DNA of 64,000 nt, taken from a virus. Taxonomy: Duplodnaviria; Caudoviricetes. Position numbers and translations under genes: made by a program. Under the pieces are notes generated by a model. The model searched no databases. It was not told the origin of the DNA and saw only the letters and a list, made by a program, of their open reading frames with translations. The stretch is taken from the IMG/VR virus record IMGVR_UViG_3300024229_000651; one strand, 5' to 3'. This document shows, piece by piece, positions 1 through 9,950 of this stretch. Each line of letters begins with the position of its first letter. Within the stretch, counting starts at the first letter, position 1.

Positions 1-2
1 AA

Positions 3-1922
3 TCCGTCAGTAGGATCATCGAAAAGTAAGTACTGACGTCTGTCGTCGCTTTGTAAATAAATCTCATCGTTAACATCCGGTTTCAAACTTGCCTTTAGCC
101 AAATGTTCTTACCGTTAATAGTAGATAACACTCCGTTAAGTGTACTTGATGCAATATTTAAATGGTATGCTTCACTTACAGTGAGCCGATCATCTGCAGA
201 TATGTTGCTAAGAACAGGATACCAATTGCCCGTAATCTCACTAGTGACATCAGAAGATGTAGGAATATAAAATGCATTTGTGCTTTCGTTGAACGGTTGT
301 GGAGTAATTTGTGAGCCTGCTGTGTGGCTTCCAATAGCCTGATCTGAAACTATAGCAATATTTGCTACGGGCAACGAATGACTGTTTGAAACCAATTGCA
401 CAACCTCTCCGTTAGAAGTTCCATAGTTAACAAACGAAATTGTGGAATTTGTTTCTGCTGTAGAAAATATTTGTTGGCCTAGCCCGCTTAGTGTGGTGCC
501 GTCAGCTGGAAGACAAATAATATTACCGCCTACTAGCCTATCTACAGTAAATACTTCGTTGTGAAGTGTTTGATTATTTGCATCAGCATCAATAACAAAC
601 AGTTTATCACCTTCTTCAATACCTGATAAATTTGCTCCAACAAATGTAACTAAGTTTGCTGTTTCTGAAACGTTTGCATTACTGACAGCTCTAACAGTCG
701 TAAATGCATTTCCAGGAATACTAGTAGTAAACGATGTACCTGAAGAGTTTGCTAACACCGGTAATAGTCTACGGTGCAAGTAATTTCTTTCTGCAAATCC
801 GCCTGCTCCGCCAGCGACTATGCCGCCGTTCTCGCCTTCTAAGTAAACATACCCGTTACTGCCAGTATCAGAACTTTCTGATTGTGTTAGTATTAAGTTT
901 TGACTGATTGTTGAAAAAGATACAAAGTTTATATCCGTGTTACTAGGATCAGTAAAATCTTGTGTGGCTACTGCCGTAACATTACCTACACCAGAATATA
1001 CACCATCTGCATCAAACAGCGCAGGATCAATAGGATCTTTTGACAATATAATATTACCAGTTGTCAAACTAGATGTATCAAGTACACCTGTTCCTTCTGC
1101 AACAATATCGATATGCTTGGCTTCTAGCCCAATGTAACCGGTGCCAGTTTCTGCATTTATTAATACTAAGTCGTTATCAATCTCTCTGTATTTTGGTATA
1201 CTCGCATTGGCATAAAATCCTGTAAGCTGGGCGCCTGAAGCAATTACAGCATTACTTAAAATATTATGTACGTGGGTATTACTATAATACGTAACTGCTA
1301 CATCTGATGAGTTCACCGGTGATGCTTTTAAATTTAGAACATGGTCATCTGTTCCAGTGGAACCTGAAATAAAGTTATAGTCAAATGCTGCATTAACGAC
1401 CACACTAGAACTTGTTTTGTCACCTTCTTGTTTGATACCGTCAACTACGACAGTGATATCTTCTGCGTTAAAAGGTCTACCTGTTTGTGCACTAGTAATA
1501 AAACTATTACTCGAGACAACATCATCGAATACAGCTCTAGAAACGGCATTACCTGTGCCGTCTATAACGCCTGCATTAGCAGTAATATCTGTGTTTGCAT
1601 ACCAGGATTTAGTTTTGCTGACACCGTCAAAAGAATTAGATCCCCTTGGCCATCTGATATGCGGTACAGTGAATTTGATTATTTGTGTATTTGCTATGCT
1701 AAGAGCTCTAGCAGATGCACCGAGTGTATTTTCTAAATATACAGTTTTGTTATTTACACTAGCTCGTGTATTTTCTGTGTCTGCGCCTATATATACTTGC
1801 TGACTATCTACTGCAAAACCAATTTCTCCAGGACGTAACGGCTGAGGAAGGTCCTGTTTTAGGCCTCGCCGTTGCTGGATTCTACTGATTATAACTTTTA
1901 AATTTCCGTCGTCTTGCGCCAC
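3..1922 (-). CDS. Large virion/tail-associated protein, partial (runs off the window start; absent from the ORF track)
   Basis: GTG start at 1922 with GGAG SD. Begins MAQDDGNLKVIISRIQQRRGLKQDLPQPLRPGEIGFAVDSQQVYIG, a RIQxRRG..LP.L..GE.G N-terminal motif typical of phage tail-fibre/structural proteins. Frame is open at both ends where I translated it. Late promoter at 1957-1964. Confidence 0.75.
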   Translation of the reverse strand, partial: MAQDDGNLKVIISRIQQRRGLKQDLPQPLRPGEIGFAVDSQQVYIGADTENTRASVNNKTVYLENTLGASARALSIANTQIIKFTVPHIRWPRGSNSFDGVSKTKSWYANTDITANAGVIDGTGNAVSRAVFDDVVSSNSFITSAQTGRPFNAEDITVVVDGIKQEGDKTSSSVVVNAAFDYNFISGSTGTDDHVLNLKASPVNSSDVAVTYYSNTHVHNILSNAVIASGAQLTGFYANASIPKYREIDNDLVLINAETGTGYIGLEAKHIDIVAEGTGVLDTSSLTTGNIILSKDPIDPALFDADGVYSGVGNVTAVATQDFTDPSNTDINFVSFSTISQNLILTQSESSDTGSNGYVYLEGENGGIVAGGAGGFAERNYLHRRLLPVLANSSGTSFTTSIPGNAFTTVRAVSNANVSETANLVTFVGANLSGIEEGDKLFVIDADANNQTLHNEVFTVDRLVGGNIICLPADGTTLSGLGQQIFSTAETNSTISFVNYGTSNGEVVQLVSNSHSLPVANIAIVSDQAIGSHTAGSQITPQPFNESTNAFYIPTSSDVTSEITGNWYPVLSNISADDRLTVSEAYHLNIASSTLNGVLSTINGKNIWLKASLKPDVNDEIYLQSDDRRQYLLFDDPTDG

Positions 1923-1956
1923 TGTGTAAACTCCAAAGATGATATTGTTCTATATG

Positions 1957-1964
1957 TATTTATC
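1957..1964 (-). promoter_or_regulatory. T4-type late promoter GATAAATA
   Basis: Matches the recurring xATAAATA motif upstream of structural genes. Confidence 0.65.
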
Positions 1965-1983
1965 ACTTTGCACAGTATTGTGT

Positions 1984-3036
1984 TTAGAGTTTACATAGAG
2001 ATTTGCCAGATCTGGCTCCTTCTGTGTCTGTGAAATGTTCCACAAACTGCCTAGGTATCTTATCTAACCCCTCATATATAGTTTCCAGTTGTACTATTTG
2101 ATCTCCGTACTCATTGTAAAACTCGTACATTTTATCAACACTATCTAAGACTTTTAGCGCACCATTAATAACAATGTCTTTATAAATCAGTGCTTGAATA
2201 TTTGGACCTGGTTGCGGAAGCGTTGCATTGTAGTGCTTCATACAACCACAATAGCACATAATACTATCCATAGACATGTGTCCTATTGCAGACACAAAGT
2301 AGTCATTTCCGACATTTTCAAGGTACTTATCTATCGATATGTGATTAATAACGTTAGAAACTTCTTCCCGCATTTTATCTAAACTAGAATTCCTTTCTAC
2401 AACAATTGGTGTTACACCTACTGTTCTAAGCCACTCTGCTTTTTCCTCTGTGGAAGTAATACCGTATACTGTTGCCCCTAACAACTTTGCAATCTGTACA
2501 GCAATGTGGCCTACGCCGCCTGTAGCGCCGCTGACTAGTACAGTGTCGCCTGGTTGTACAGCTAATTGAGTCGCTATTGCATGGAATGCTGTTCTGCCTA
2601 CTAGCCCTTCTCTGACCATTGCCCGTGTGTACATGTCGTCAGTAGTTTCGCCGTCCCTGAGCTCAATTCCGTAAACTGCTCCTGGGACTGACAAATTTTC
2701 TTCGGTGATGCAACTTACTGTTTTCCATCCCGACATATGTACTACATAGTCTCCTACAGCGTAATCCGGGTTGTTGGATGCTATTACCTGGCCTGAAGCA
2801 AACACGCCTTTAACAGGTTTTTTAGGTTCTATATTTGGAAAATTAGCAGGTGTGTATCTTTTCGACAGCATCCTAGGGCGCATATAAGGATCGGTACTAA
2901 TATATGCATTCCTTACAAGAAATTCATTTTCTTGCAGATCATCTAGGTCAATCGATAAATTTTCTACTTTTAAAACATCGTCGGTGATCATACCGGAAGG
3001 GTAATAATCCATTACTACTTCGTACTCTTCTAACAT
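1984..3036 (-). CDS. NADP-dependent oxidoreductase, MDR family (prostaglandin reductase/CurA-like)
   Basis: YISTDPYMRPRM N-terminal motif, GATGGVG nucleotide-binding loop, DKYLENVG, C-terminal GKxLxKL. Confidence 0.85.
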   Translation of the reverse strand: MLEEYEVVMDYYPSGMITDDVLKVENLSIDLDDLQENEFLVRNAYISTDPYMRPRMLSKRYTPANFPNIEPKKPVKGVFASGQVIASNNPDYAVGDYVVHMSGWKTVSCITEENLSVPGAVYGIELRDGETTDDMYTRAMVREGLVGRTAFHAIATQLAVQPGDTVLVSGATGGVGHIAVQIAKLLGATVYGITSTEEKAEWLRTVGVTPIVVERNSSLDKMREEVSNVINHISIDKYLENVGNDYFVSAIGHMSMDSIMCYCGCMKHYNATLPQPGPNIQALIYKDIVINGALKVLDSVDKMYEFYNEYGDQIVQLETIYEGLDKIPRQFVEHFTDTEGARSGKSLCKL

Positions 3037-3698
3037 TTTCTGTAATACTCCTCAATTCTGTTAGCCCATAACTGACAATACATGTCAAACCTTGCTCCTT
3101 CAATTACAAATTCTTTAAATTTGAAGTCCCTACTCACCATGAGAATGACACCTTTTTTAATGTTTGTTCCGTACATTTCATTGTGTGCAAGAGCATAAGC
3201 ACAACACTGTATAAAATAGTCTTCGATCCATTCTTCTTTTTTAATCTTTTTAGATGTTTTGAAATCTATGATTGCTTCATCACCGTTATGGAGTCCAACA
3301 CAATCAGTTGTTCCTGCGTACAATTGAGGAGCTATCAATCCAATCTCTGTGCCCCAAACTTCGTCGACGTTTTTAAATCCTTCGTTAATAACTAGATCAG
3401 TCATTTGTTTTGCCATCACACTGACGTGGTTATTACCAAAAGAAACATCCTCTCCTAAGATATGTTTCTCTAATGCATTATGCACTTTAGTGCCGAGTCC
3501 AGCAGATTCTTTACTAACTCTATTAGCTTCGACATCACCTACACGTTTGCGCCAGGCAATAAGAGCAGTTTTATCTGATGTCTTATCCAGTATAGTAGTT
3601 ACACTTGGTACTGGTATGTTATCGTCACCGATATATCGTCTACCTTCTGCTGTAGTAACTCTTTCTAACTTTTTATACTGTATCTTTTCGTTTAACAT
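3030..3698 (-). CDS. PD-(D/E)XK family exonuclease
   Basis: VPSVTTIL, GTKVHNALE, YAGTTDCVG...IIDFKTS and YFIQCCAYA motifs. Start placed at MLNEK (ORF track extends it to 3749). Confidence 0.85.
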   Translation of the reverse strand: MLNEKIQYKKLERVTTAEGRRYIGDDNIPVPSVTTILDKTSDKTALIAWRKRVGDVEANRVSKESAGLGTKVHNALEKHILGEDVSFGNNHVSVMAKQMTDLVINEGFKNVDEVWGTEIGLIAPQLYAGTTDCVGLHNGDEAIIDFKTSKKIKKEEWIEDYFIQCCAYALAHNEMYGTNIKKGVILMVSRDFKFKEFVIEGARFDMYCQLWANRIEEYYRKC

Positions 3699-4329
3699 TA
3701 AATAATCCTGCAAAATTTTTGTGTGTGTTTTCGCCGTAATGGACGCCATCTGCGCCTTTGTCTACTATTAAGTCTTTGTGCTCTTTTAAAAATCCGATAC
3801 TGCTGTAATTAAGAATTTGCAGTTCGATGCTATTGTTTTTACAAAAGTCCGATAAATGGCTAATTGACCTACTATTATAATACATTTTTGTTGCTGTGTC
3901 AATGTTTTTATAATCGTTAAAATGTTCGCTATATGGCATAAGTGCGTGTGACTTGCCGTCCTTGAAAATTACCAGTCGTTCACCGTGTGGGGCAAAAAAC
4001 ATTAATCTGCTGTATTGTTTTTCTTTATATATTGCAAAGGCAATATCTATCATATCAAAAACAGTTGCGCCTGGTACTCCGGCATTATAGGTGTTTTCAA
4101 AATATGTTGGCCATGGATTACTAACGCCTATTCCGAATGTATGACTACAACCAACTGCTAAATTAAAGCCGTCCGAAAACTCACTTAATTCTCGTTCTCT
4201 GTGCCAGTGTGTATTTAGAACGTACTCTATTTTTCCACTTGTGTCTGTAAAGAACTCGGTGTGGGGAGTATGTCGTTCGTATACAGTTGCACGAGCAACA
4301 ATGTTTTCCATTGTGTCGCTTATGTTCAT
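3673..4329 (-). CDS. SGNH-hydrolase-like protein
   Basis: GCSHTFG (block I), NAGVPG (block II), DGVHY (block V). Confidence 0.6.
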   Translation of the reverse strand: MNISDTMENIVARATVYERHTPHTEFFTDTSGKIEYVLNTHWHRERELSEFSDGFNLAVGCSHTFGIGVSNPWPTYFENTYNAGVPGATVFDMIDIAFAIYKEKQYSRLMFFAPHGERLVIFKDGKSHALMPYSEHFNDYKNIDTATKMYYNSRSISHLSDFCKNNSIELQILNYSSIGFLKEHKDLIVDKGADGVHYGENTHKNFAGLFNVKRKDTV

Positions 4330-4347
4330 AATTTTATTTAGTAAGGA

Positions 4348-4695
4348 TTATTGTGGTAATTGGTCTTTTACGGAACTGAGTGCTTGGTCCCCGGCTAAGC
4401 CAGGAACATCAACTTCAGGCTCTTCAGGCTCTTCGCCGTCGAGCATATCGTTATCAATTTTACCTTTGGGAGTAATGGAATCTGCTGTAATACCGCTAAC
4501 AACATCCAATTTGTTCATAGCTGCAATAAGTTCTTCTACACTTAATAAAAACCCATCATCTGCTAAATCGTTTTTGAATTCTTGCGTAGGTATATCACTG
4601 ACATCTTCTCCAGCATACTTTGCAAGCCTGTCGCGGATTGCAACTTCTAGTTCGTCAAAAAATGACTCTAGTAAAAATACTTCCGCGATTCGCAT
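4348..4695 (-). CDS. Acidic hypothetical protein, probable head/internal protein
   Basis: Leader MRIAEVFLLE; directly downstream of 4697..6010. Confidence 0.6.
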   Translation of the reverse strand: MRIAEVFLLESFFDELEVAIRDRLAKYAGEDVSDIPTQEFKNDLADDGFLLSVEELIAAMNKLDVVSGITADSITPKGKIDNDMLDGEEPEEPEVDVPGLAGDQALSSVKDQLPQ

Positions 4696-4696
4696 T

Positions 4697-6010
4697 TTAA
4701 ATCTCTTCTACAGCGTCTACGTCAACTGGTGCTCTACCCATTGGCTCTTCTTCTGGACCTGCAGCTGCAGGAACATTGTCAACTGGTGCATCTAACTCAG
4801 GTTCAGCTAATCCAGCTTGCTGATCCATTCCAGCGCCTGCCATACTGCCTACGCCTGTTAGTGAACCTACCGTAGCATCAATTCCTTCCTTGCCCATTTT
4901 GTTAGCATCAAGTAATGCACCAAGTGATGCTTCCATACTAGACTTCATTTGTGCTGCTTGCTCTGCACCAAATTCAGCTGACATTTGATCTGCGATTGCA
5001 GGAATATCTTCGTTCATCATTCTGCCAATACGCTCGATGTGATCTTGTACGTCATCGGCTAACGCTCGTAGTGCCATTACAACTTCTGCTTGCTCAACTT
5101 CAACTTCTTCACTCAACATACTGCCTATAATGTCGTCGAACATGTTTTCGCTTTCTTCAACAGATTCTGTTTTGCTCATAGCATCTTTAACAGCATCTAC
5201 CGACATGTCAAGTTCTTGTGCAATTTCTTCAACGCTCTTACCATCATTCTTTAGCTTATGCATATATTGAATGCTGTCCAGCAAGTTTCTTTCTGCAATC
5301 TTTTTGCCAAACATCTGGATGCCGTTAACTAATGCTTCTTCGTCTAATCCATTTAAGAAACCAACTACAGCATCTCTGCTCTTGCCAGTTACTTCTGCAA
5401 ATGTATTAACTTTTTCTTCTATAGCGTTATAGCTTTCCATGCTGTTTAACTCTACACCACATTCTTTAGCAAGTTCGCTCAACAGATATTCTGTTAAATC
5501 AGTTTCGGGACTGACAAACTCTGCTAATGCTTCATCCATTACACTATCTTCAGACATGCTGCAAGATTCCATATAATCCTTAGTAGCTTTAAGCACTAGT
5601 GGCATAATAACTTGATCGTCGTATGCATATCTAGAATCTTTTCTAAATCTATTCATACATTCGGAACATGCTTCTTCATCAGTGTAGCCTCCGTCCATAA
5701 GCTCTTGAACAGTTTGCTTGACTTCATTGCACATGCTTTCGTATGCTGGGCTTTCTGCATACATGCCCTCACCTAGCATTACATCAATAACGTCTTTGAC
5801 TCCCAAGTACTTTGCATACTCTGGATCCAATTGGAAACGCTTATTAGTGTTTTTAATGCTAATTATTTTATTTTGTGCCTGCTCTCGCACTTTTTCTAGC
5901 TTGGCTTTTGGATGAAAGCCTTTTACAGAGATACCAAAATTTTCTTTTAGGTATTTGTTTAAATCGCTGACACGTTGTGCGGCAGGTTTGTTGAATGTAG
6001 TTAATTTCAT
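4697..6010 (-). CDS. Acidic helical protein, candidate prohead core/scaffold
   Basis: 437 aa, very E/D-rich with many (I/L)xE sites; late promoter at 6041-6048. Function is inferred. Confidence 0.5.
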   Translation of the reverse strand: MKLTTFNKPAAQRVSDLNKYLKENFGISVKGFHPKAKLEKVREQAQNKIISIKNTNKRFQLDPEYAKYLGVKDVIDVMLGEGMYAESPAYESMCNEVKQTVQELMDGGYTDEEACSECMNRFRKDSRYAYDDQVIMPLVLKATKDYMESCSMSEDSVMDEALAEFVSPETDLTEYLLSELAKECGVELNSMESYNAIEEKVNTFAEVTGKSRDAVVGFLNGLDEEALVNGIQMFGKKIAERNLLDSIQYMHKLKNDGKSVEEIAQELDMSVDAVKDAMSKTESVEESENMFDDIIGSMLSEEVEVEQAEVVMALRALADDVQDHIERIGRMMNEDIPAIADQMSAEFGAEQAAQMKSSMEASLGALLDANKMGKEGIDATVGSLTGVGSMAGAGMDQQAGLAEPELDAPVDNVPAAAGPEEEPMGRAPVDVDAVEEI

Positions 6011-6040
6011 ATCTAGTCCCGAAGTAGATTATATTACAAC

Positions 6041-6048
6041 TATTTATC
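6041..6048 (-). promoter_or_regulatory. Late promoter GATAAATA
   Basis: TATTTATC on the + strand in the intergenic gap. Confidence 0.65.
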
Positions 6049-6066
6049 AAAAAGATTAATTTTTTA

Positions 6067-6516
6067 TCAAGAAAAAATGTGCTTTAATTTTTTAACAAGA
6101 TGTCCCAGACGATGCGTAGAGAGATCGAGCCTAGTTTCTACAATAAAATAGCGCATTTCATCAGATGTTGTAGACATAGTATTTTTATAGAAAAATATAT
6201 CGTTATAATGCTTTTCTAATTCTGATCTATGTTTATGCAAATGTTTTTGTATGTGTGCAATTTTATTAATTACACGGTTTTTATCTGTTCTGTTTAAGCT
6301 GTTTGCACAAGTTTGTGCAAGCTCATGGATAATTATGTTCTTAATAATAGGCTTTTGAGTTTTAGCATCAACAATATCATACATGTCATACATGTTCTTT
6401 GCTGAAAAGAACATAGCCTTTCGAGCAACGTTATTCGATATTAACTCAAGTTGCTTAGATAACTTTTTCTTATCAATATTACGAGAATACTTTGTATTTG
6501 ACTTTGCCATTATCAT
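6067..6516 (-). CDS. Hypothetical protein
   Basis: Co-oriented ORF, 149 aa, basic. Confidence 0.6.
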   Translation of the reverse strand: MIMAKSNTKYSRNIDKKKLSKQLELISNNVARKAMFFSAKNMYDMYDIVDAKTQKPIIKNIIIHELAQTCANSLNRTDKNRVINKIAHIQKHLHKHRSELEKHYNDIFFYKNTMSTTSDEMRYFIVETRLDLSTHRLGHLVKKLKHIFS

Positions 6517-6682
6517 TTACCCTTATTAATACACCACTCATATATAAGTGATTTGCTTGATTATTGTCGCTCGGTGAAAGGTCACACAAATATATACCGC
6601 CTTCGTTCCGTATCTTGTCATATATCTGGAACCCTTTGCTGGACATTACAGTTTGTCCGTGTTTACCTGGTACTACTTTCAT
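6479..6682 (-). CDS. Hypothetical protein
   Basis: 67-aa co-oriented ORF. Confidence 0.55.
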   Translation of the reverse strand: MKVVPGKHGQTVMSSKGFQIYDKIRNEGGIYLCDLSPSDNNQANHLYMSGVLIRVNDNGKVKYKVFS

Positions 6683-6692
6683 ATCTACACCA

Positions 6693-6860
6693 CTACTTAA
6701 TAGATGATTGTACTTTTGGTCCAGGCTTTTTCTTAGGGCCGATCTTTTTAGGCTTCTTAGGTCGTTGCACTACTCTCTGTACATCGTTAGCAATGGACGG
6801 AATTGACGTTGCTACAGCGCCAGCTGTTATTGTTTCACCAATTATATCATGTATTTTCAT
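6693..6860 (-). CDS. Small basic protein with CTS-like leader (not in the ORF track)
   Basis: Translated by hand: MKIHDIIGETITAGAVATSIPSIANDVQRVVQRPKKPKKIGPKKKPGPKVQSSIK*. Late promoter 6 nt upstream of the ATG. Confidence 0.75.
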   Translation of the reverse strand: MKIHDIIGETITAGAVATSIPSIANDVQRVVQRPKKPKKIGPKKKPGPKVQSSIK

Positions 6861-6869
6861 ATGTACTAT

Positions 6870-8189
6870 TTATCTATTGTAGCAACTAAACACGTCTGTG
6901 AACCCGGGGTATATTTCTAACCATGATGAAACATCCTTAATTAGCATAGAATCAATGTGCTCTCGTTTACTAATAAAATTGTTGAAATTATGCTCAGTGA
7001 TTTCAATGTTTTTACTCTGTATATCTTGCCATAATACAGGAGAATCTTTTTTCATCTGTAAAGTTTCTAACTCTGCTAATATCATGTTAATTTTGTCCAT
7101 CACATTGTTTTGCTTGTCAAACATATTTGGATCATTATATAAATGGTCAAACGTTTTATACCCGTTTTTTCTTAAAAATTCAAATGTTCTACATGAACCT
7201 AAAATCATAAACGGTTGTTTCATTATGATAGGTTTATAAATTTTTTCTGTAACGTACACAGTATAGTCTACGAAGGTTTCTGTTATTATGTCGATCTCGC
7301 AGGATTTAAGTTGTTTTATAAAATCTTTATCTTGTGAGATCGACTTCATATGCACTTCTTCTTGTGATCGCCGATCAAGCACTAACGGATAATGATCTTC
7401 TAATGCTTCCAAATAAGATATGCCTTGCAACAACTCCGTTTGTGTTATACGATTTTCTAAATGTTGTTTGCCTAAGTATAGCACAGATTCTGCAAACAGT
7501 TTATTAAAAGGGACTGTAGGTGAACTAATCATACCATCTACATGCAGACCTCGCTGAATTAATCCTCCTAAAAGAAGTGCTCTGTGCGGTCTAGGAGCAT
7601 TATTAAGGCAACTAAACAACAGAGTTTTCTCTACACCATATGGATCAGCATCTTGTACTTTCTGAAACAAGTCTGCCATTGTGTCTTCTTTGTAGTTGTT
7701 AAGAAAAAACACTCTAAAATCATTTTTATATACACTGTTGTTATGTATATCAACAATGTTTTCAGCAGAATTACAATAAAATGTTTTACTTGGGTCTAAT
7801 CCAAAGGTTGTTGTTACCTGTGATATAAAATTAAATATAGAATTATCACAGTGGCCTTCTGCACTATTGTCAAACAATACGATTGGATTATTGCAATCTA
7901 GTATGTATTCGGGTATTATCTGTTTTGCTGCATCAAGTAATCTATTTTCCTCCCACAGTTTATAAATATTATCCGAGCCGATACCATCTAGACTAATAAT
8001 AAACAATACCGGCCTTTTGGACAACTTAGATATTTTATTATAGTGTATCCAGTTATCCGACATAAACTCGCACATACCTAACGCACAGTCTTTGCTAGTT
8101 GCTGGGACATTTTGGAGATCTATAATTTCAGATTTTCCACAGGAGGAAAGGAATGCTCGGAATGGGTTATCGATATCAGCAATAAACAT
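6870..8189 (-). CDS. Glycosyltransferase-like protein
   Basis: FSCLNNAPRPHR and IITET..YVTEKIYKPI..QPF..LG motifs, similar to the GT10-type TEK motif; paralog of 36648..37640. Confidence 0.5.
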   Translation of the reverse strand: MFIADIDNPFRAFLSSCGKSEIIDLQNVPATSKDCALGMCEFMSDNWIHYNKISKLSKRPVLFIISLDGIGSDNIYKLWEENRLLDAAKQIIPEYILDCNNPIVLFDNSAEGHCDNSIFNFISQVTTTFGLDPSKTFYCNSAENIVDIHNNSVYKNDFRVFFLNNYKEDTMADLFQKVQDADPYGVEKTLLFSCLNNAPRPHRALLLGGLIQRGLHVDGMISSPTVPFNKLFAESVLYLGKQHLENRITQTELLQGISYLEALEDHYPLVLDRRSQEEVHMKSISQDKDFIKQLKSCEIDIITETFVDYTVYVTEKIYKPIIMKQPFMILGSCRTFEFLRKNGYKTFDHLYNDPNMFDKQNNVMDKINMILAELETLQMKKDSPVLWQDIQSKNIEITEHNFNNFISKREHIDSMLIKDVSSWLEIYPGFTDVFSCYNR

Positions 8190-8219
8190 GTTTGTTATTT
8201 ACCGGTATAGTAAGTAGTT

Positions 8220-8615
8220 CTATTTAATCTTTGGATTTCGGTAATTTTTTAAAGAATCGACTGCTGTATCAAGCATTTGTAGATAGAAAGGGTGCATTAT
8301 ATTTTCGCCACCAGTTGTGTTCATGGTCTGCAATTTAGACTTCAATCGGCGCCATTGGCCTTTTCTGCCGTCCGGGAAGGTTTGATGAACATGTGCAAGT
8401 ATATCTTGTAATATGATTCCTTTGTATGTATCTTTTGATTGATCTAACTTAGGAAAAAAATCTCTTACAAGCTGTCTATCACTTTCGTTTGTTTTCTTTT
8501 TCCTTTTAGGAAACACACTTGGGTTAGGTCTACGCAACATTTTACTAGCTGTTGCCGTGGAAGTAGCGATGGCGCCGCTGGTAGTAGTTTCTGTAATAAT
8601 ATCCGAAATCTTCAT
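8220..8615 (-). CDS. Hypothetical protein with CTS-like leader
   Basis: True start is probably MKISDIITETTTSGAIAT, 5 nt after the GATAAATA at 8621-8628. N-terminus resembles 6693..6860. Confidence 0.7.
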   Translation of the reverse strand: MKISDIITETTTSGAIATSTATASKMLRRPNPSVFPKRKKKTNESDRQLVRDFFPKLDQSKDTYKGIILQDILAHVHQTFPDGRKGQWRRLKSKLQTMNTTGGENIMHPFYLQMLDTAVDSLKNYRNPKIK

Positions 8616-8616
8616 A

Positions 8617-9204
8617 CTAGTATTTATCTGCAAACTGGTGATTAGCAGCTGCATGCCTGGCTTCGTCATCTCTAACTGCTTTCACCATATCAAAAAGTTT
8701 AGCATCTTTATCAAGTCCATAATAATCGATAGCTAGTTGAGGTGCATCTACATTCCTAACTTGTCTATTTTCTATCATAGTTAAATATGTCGTATAGCTA
8801 AGTACTGCTTCTTCTTCAAAAAATGCAATCATTTTGTGTGCTGTTCGAGGGAAAAGTACAAACATTACAAAATAAAAATTCCAAAATATAAATTGTGCTA
8901 ATAAAATTAGAAATCTTTCAAATATATTAGGTTTTGCAATTTCTATGAAGAACATTAGATGCATGCGTTCATTCTCTGCTTCTGCAAGCAGTTCGCGAAT
9001 CATTGGGCCGTATCCGGTTTGCAGCTGGCGTAAACTTTTTAAATGTATCCACATGCCTGCAACCATCCCCGGTACGCCAGCAATAGTTTCCAATACTACT
9101 GCCCTATGTCCATAGCGTTTTGCAAAAAAGAGATCAGCAAAAAAACGGAAAAATTTTGTCATAAACATAGCCGTCATGTCCGACAGCTTGTGCTGAAATG
9201 TCAT
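8617..9204 (-). CDS. aox: Alternative oxidase (ubiquinol oxidase)
   Basis: LETIAGVPGMV, EAENERMHL, FEEEAVxSY and VRDDEARH di-iron motifs. Confidence 0.95.
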   Translation of the reverse strand: MTFQHKLSDMTAMFMTKFFRFFADLFFAKRYGHRAVVLETIAGVPGMVAGMWIHLKSLRQLQTGYGPMIRELLAEAENERMHLMFFIEIAKPNIFERFLILLAQFIFWNFYFVMFVLFPRTAHKMIAFFEEEAVLSYTTYLTMIENRQVRNVDAPQLAIDYYGLDKDAKLFDMVKAVRDDEARHAAANHQFADKY

Positions 9205-9216
9205 GGGTTGAAGCCT

Positions 9217-9756
9217 CTAGTTGTTTATTCTGATATTCACGACGTCCCAATCAATGATACGCCATATATTACTAAGGTATTTAGCTTTGTCGTGCTGATA
9301 GTCTAATGCCCACGCATGCTCCCACCAATCAATGAGCATTGCTATGTCATTTTTAATTTGGTGGTTAACTATTGTTTTGATATCACCGGATAAACTCATG
9401 TACACCCATCCGCTGCCTTGAATCTTCATTGCTACTTCTTCAAACTGCTCTTTGAAAGTCGCAAAGTCGCCGTATTTGCTATCTATAAGCTCTTTACTTG
9501 CCCCTGCAGGGTTATTACTACTACTTGGTGTTTTTAGCTGTGGGAAGAATACGTTGTGTAAGAATGCACCTGCTTCCATGAACTGTGCATCTCCTTTGCC
9601 TTCATTATATTTTGTAACGTATGCTTTAGCAAGTTTGCCGTAGTGAAAATTGATTGTGTCTTCACTCATTACAGGATCCAAGTCACTCTTGCTGTAAGGT
9701 AACTTTTCTTGCACTAACACTTTTTTATCTTCTGTTAAAAAATCGTGTAGTTTCAT
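9217..9756 (-). CDS. sod: Fe/Mn superoxide dismutase with an N-terminal leader
   Basis: LPY...FHYGK...LHNVFF...GSGW...DWWEHA..LDY; four metal ligands present. Confidence 0.92.
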   Translation of the reverse strand: MKLHDFLTEDKKVLVQEKLPYSKSDLDPVMSEDTINFHYGKLAKAYVTKYNEGKGDAQFMEAGAFLHNVFFPQLKTPSSSNNPAGASKELIDSKYGDFATFKEQFEEVAMKIQGSGWVYMSLSGDIKTIVNHQIKNDIAMLIDWWEHAWALDYQHDKAKYLSNIWRIIDWDVVNIRINN

Positions 9757-9950
9757 TTTTTCTTACCGCCTTTCATATTAGCACACCAGTGATACATTTT
9801 ACCCTTTTCACCACTGTATTTTTTAGCTTTTGCCCGTAAACTACTTACCGAACCTTTGCAACTTGCGCCTGCTTTTTTGACTCTACCTGGTCTGCTCTTG
9901 CCTTTCTTCTTACCGTCAGCAAAGTTTTCTGTAATTTCAACTATTTTCAT
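9753..9950 (-). CDS. Small Lys/Gly-rich basic protein with CTS-like leader
   Basis: MKIVEITENFADGKKKGK...HWCANMKGGKKK; translationally coupled to its neighbours. Confidence 0.75.
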   Translation of the reverse strand: MKIVEITENFADGKKKGKSRPGRVKKAGASCKGSVSSLRAKAKKYSGEKGKMYHWCANMKGGKKK

